Shown here one piece after another: positions 61,800 to 64,000 of a DNA stretch of 64,000 nucleotides. Origin of the DNA: Vulcanimicrobiota bacterium. Its GTDB lineage: Bacteria; Vulcanimicrobiota; Vulcanimicrobiia; Vulcanimicrobiales; Vulcanimicrobiaceae. Position 1 is the stretch's first letter. Every line of letters begins with the position of its first letter. The position numbers and the translations under genes are program-made. The notes under the pieces are model-generated. The model saw only the letters and a list, made by a program, of their open reading frames with translations. It ran no database searches and was not told the origin of the DNA. Location: contig OY968762.1 of assembly GCA_963695225.1 (NCBI GenBank), forward strand, positions 1,056,001-1,120,000, in the 5' to 3' direction.

Positions 61800-62003
61800 T
61801 AGAGTCGTATCAAGGCCGCTTTATGCATCGGGCGGCGATTTTCCAAGCGCCCGCTCAGGCCCTTTCGCTCAGCGACAAACGTCTGACTAGCGACGAAAGT
61901 CGCAGGGCATAGGGCGGATCCGTAGAAGAGCGCGGGCCATCACGTAAACCTTCGCTTATGCGTCTGTGCTGCGGGCAGGGCAGATAACGATGAAGAGGGG
62001 GCT

Positions 62004-62507
62004 ATGAACGAGCGTCGAGGCGTCCCGCGTAGGCAATTCCTGAGGTTCGCCGGCGCGAGCGCCGCGGCCGCCGCCGCGGGCGCCGCGGCGAGCCCGCCGG
62101 CGAGCGCGGCGGGTCCGCCGGCCGAGCGCGCGATCGCTCGACTCTCCGAGCTCAAGATCGGTCAGGCACTTGCGGCTTCCTATCCCGATGCGGCCTCTCC
62201 GATCGTCGTCTTGAAGCTCGGGCACCGGGTCGAGGGCGGCGTCGGGCCCGACGGCGACATCGTGGCGTACAGCAGCTTTTGCACCCATCAAGGATGCGGC
62301 GTCGCCTACCACGCCGACCGCAAGGTCCTTGCTTGTCCCTGTCATTTTAGCTCGTTCGACCCGGCGACCGGCGGCATGCAAATCATCGGCCAAGCGACGA
62401 CGAACTTGCCGCAGATCGTCCTCGAGACGAAAGGCGATCGGCTGTATGCTACCGGCGTTCGTGGTCTCATCTGGGGCCGCCAAGACAACTACTTGAAGTC
62501 GAGCTAG
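62004..62507 (+). CDS. aioB: Arsenite oxidase small Rieske subunit with Tat signal
   Basis: RRQFL Tat motif; GGVGPDGDIVAYS; CTHQGC...CPCHFS; GQAT..LP. Confidence 0.9.
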   Translation: MNERRGVPRRQFLRFAGASAAAAAAGAAASPPASAAGPPAERAIARLSELKIGQALAASYPDAASPIVVLKLGHRVEGGVGPDGDIVAYSSFCTHQGCGVAYHADRKVLACPCHFSSFDPATGGMQIIGQATTNLPQIVLETKGDRLYATGVRGLIWGRQDNYLKSS

Positions 62508-62522
62508 CGCGGGGGATCATCG

Positions 62523-64000
62523 ATGAGCGTCTATCGCAATCCCAAGACCGACATCCCGCTGCCTCCGGCGAGCGCGCAGCATGTCAAGACCGTCTGCCAC
62601 TATTGCATCGTCGGCTGTAGCTACGACGTCTATAAGTGGCCGGTCGGCTCGGGAAACGGGGGACCGCGGGCGCACGAGAACGCGCTCGGCGTCGATTTCA
62701 CGCAACAGCAGCCTGCGCTGTCCGGCACTTGGGTCGGCCCGGAGCAGCAGACCGTCGTGCAAGAGCGCGACGGCAAGCGCTACAACGTCGTGATCGTCCC
62801 CAACAAGAAGGCCAAGGTCAACTCGGGGCTCTCCTCCGTGCGCGGCGGATCCCTCGCGACCTCGCTCTATGCGCCGGATAAGCCCACGGCTGCGCGGTTG
62901 CACTACCCGCTGGTCTATCGCGCGCGCGACCTGAACCCAACATCGTGGGACGATGCCGTGGACTTCGTCGCGCGCGTCGTCAAACAATCCATCGACAAGA
63001 GCGGCCCCAACTCGATCTTCATGAAGTTCTTCGACCACGGCGGCGGCGGGGGCGGCTTCGAGAACAATTGGGGCGTCGGCAAGTTCTTCTTCACCGGCGT
63101 CGGAACGATCATGTGCAGCATCCACAATCGGCCCGCGTATAACTCCGAAGTCCATGCGAGCCGCGACATGGGCGTACCCGAACTCAACAACGCCTACGAG
63201 GACGCGGAGCTCGCGGACACGCTGGTGCTGTGGGGCGCGAACTCCTACGAAACGCAAACGAATTACTTCTTGAACCACATGGTGCCGAACCTGAACGGCA
63301 CGTCGCTGGAGAAGAAGCAGAAGACTTTCGGAAGCGAGGCCGTCGCAAAGGGTCGCATGATCGTCGCCGATCCGCGCTATACGACCACGATCGACACGGC
63401 GCGGGCCGCCGGAGGGCAAGCGAACGTCTTGCACCTCTGGCTGAAGCCCGGAACGGACATCGTTCTACTCAACGCCATCGGCCGGATCATTTACGAAAAG
63501 AAGTGGCAGGATCAAGCGTTTATCGATGCCCGTACGGAAAAGCTGTCGGACTACGCGTCCGACGGTCTCCAAACGGCTCGCCCGCTCGATGACTTCCTGG
63601 CCGAGGCCGTGCAAGTCACCGGCGTCTCGCGCAAGGACATGGAGACGGCTGCCGCTTGGATCGCGGCGCCGAAGAAGGGCGGAGCGCGGCCCCGCACGCT
63701 GTTCCACTACGAGAAAGGCATGATCTGGGGGCTGAACAACTACGCCAACATCGGCAGTATCGTAAGCCTTGCGCTGTTGACGGGAAACCTCGGCAAACCC
63801 GGCGTCGGCTGTAGCCGTCTCGGCGGGCACCAAGAGGGATACGTGCGCCCCGGATACGCTGGCCCACGGCCCGCAATCTATATCGATCCGCTGCTGGCCG
63901 AAGGCAAAGGCCGCGTCTTCTGGGTCGGCGGCTGCGATCCGGGCGTGACGACGCTCAACGCCGAACGGATGCGGGACGCGCTCGAAGAGCGTGGAGCGAT
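62523..64000 (+). CDS. aioA: Arsenite oxidase large molybdopterin subunit (partial, runs off window; not in ORF track)
   Basis: Hand translation MSVYRNPKTDIPLPP...CHYCIVGC...SSVRGG ([3Fe-4S] motif), FDHGG..GGFEN, HNRPAYNSE, GGHQEG; B-before-A order. Confidence 0.9.
   Translation, partial: MSVYRNPKTDIPLPPASAQHVKTVCHYCIVGCSYDVYKWPVGSGNGGPRAHENALGVDFTQQQPALSGTWVGPEQQTVVQERDGKRYNVVIVPNKKAKVNSGLSSVRGGSLATSLYAPDKPTAARLHYPLVYRARDLNPTSWDDAVDFVARVVKQSIDKSGPNSIFMKFFDHGGGGGGFENNWGVGKFFFTGVGTIMCSIHNRPAYNSEVHASRDMGVPELNNAYEDAELADTLVLWGANSYETQTNYFLNHMVPNLNGTSLEKKQKTFGSEAVAKGRMIVADPRYTTTIDTARAAGGQANVLHLWLKPGTDIVLLNAIGRIIYEKKWQDQAFIDARTEKLSDYASDGLQTARPLDDFLAEAVQVTGVSRKDMETAAAWIAAPKKGGARPRTLFHYEKGMIWGLNNYANIGSIVSLALLTGNLGKPGVGCSRLGGHQEGYVRPGYAGPRPAIYIDPLLAEGKGRVFWVGGCDPGVTTLNAERMRDALEERGA

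Noticed and set aside
61800..62003. Moco or c-di-GMP riboswitch between moaA and aioB (GCGAC-GAAA-GTCGC hairpin)
   Set aside because: Only an isolated GNRA hairpin; the other conserved elements of either riboswitch are not evident on either strand. An Infernal/Rfam scan would settle it.

Overview
High-GC bacterial chromosome segment. The gene set (DUF5069, AMIN/Amidase_3-GerMN-murI, N-terminally extended SecG/IF-1/TetR) suggests Eremiobacterota/Vulcanimicrobiota, but this is inference only. Three metabolic modules stand out among housekeeping genes (oppD/F, secG, dxs, murI, infA, purU, ettA). (1) A complete anaerobe-type (Group II) Mo-nitrogenase operon, nifH-I1-I2-D-K-fdx-E-N-B-V plus an unknown ORF (10.5-21.3 kb, minus strand), divergent from an FprA-type ferredoxin:NADP reductase. 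(2) A cbbF-cbbP pair in which the FBPase homologue has lost most active-site residues while phosphoribulokinase looks intact. (3) An arsenic island, arsR-acr3-(arsN1::arsC)-arsM-gapdh-arsJ, followed by moaA and a divergent arsenite oxidase aioBA that runs off the window. Features absent from the ORF track: a 55-aa 2[4Fe-4S] ferredoxin in the nif operon, a Cys-containing leaderless uORF with a terminator-like hairpin upstream of a DUF3034 gene, a 242-bp element with terminal inverted repeats, tandem ArsR operators, and a purU N-terminal domain with no canonical start codon. No rRNA, tRNA, CRISPR array or transposase was seen. Many start codons were re-called by eye.
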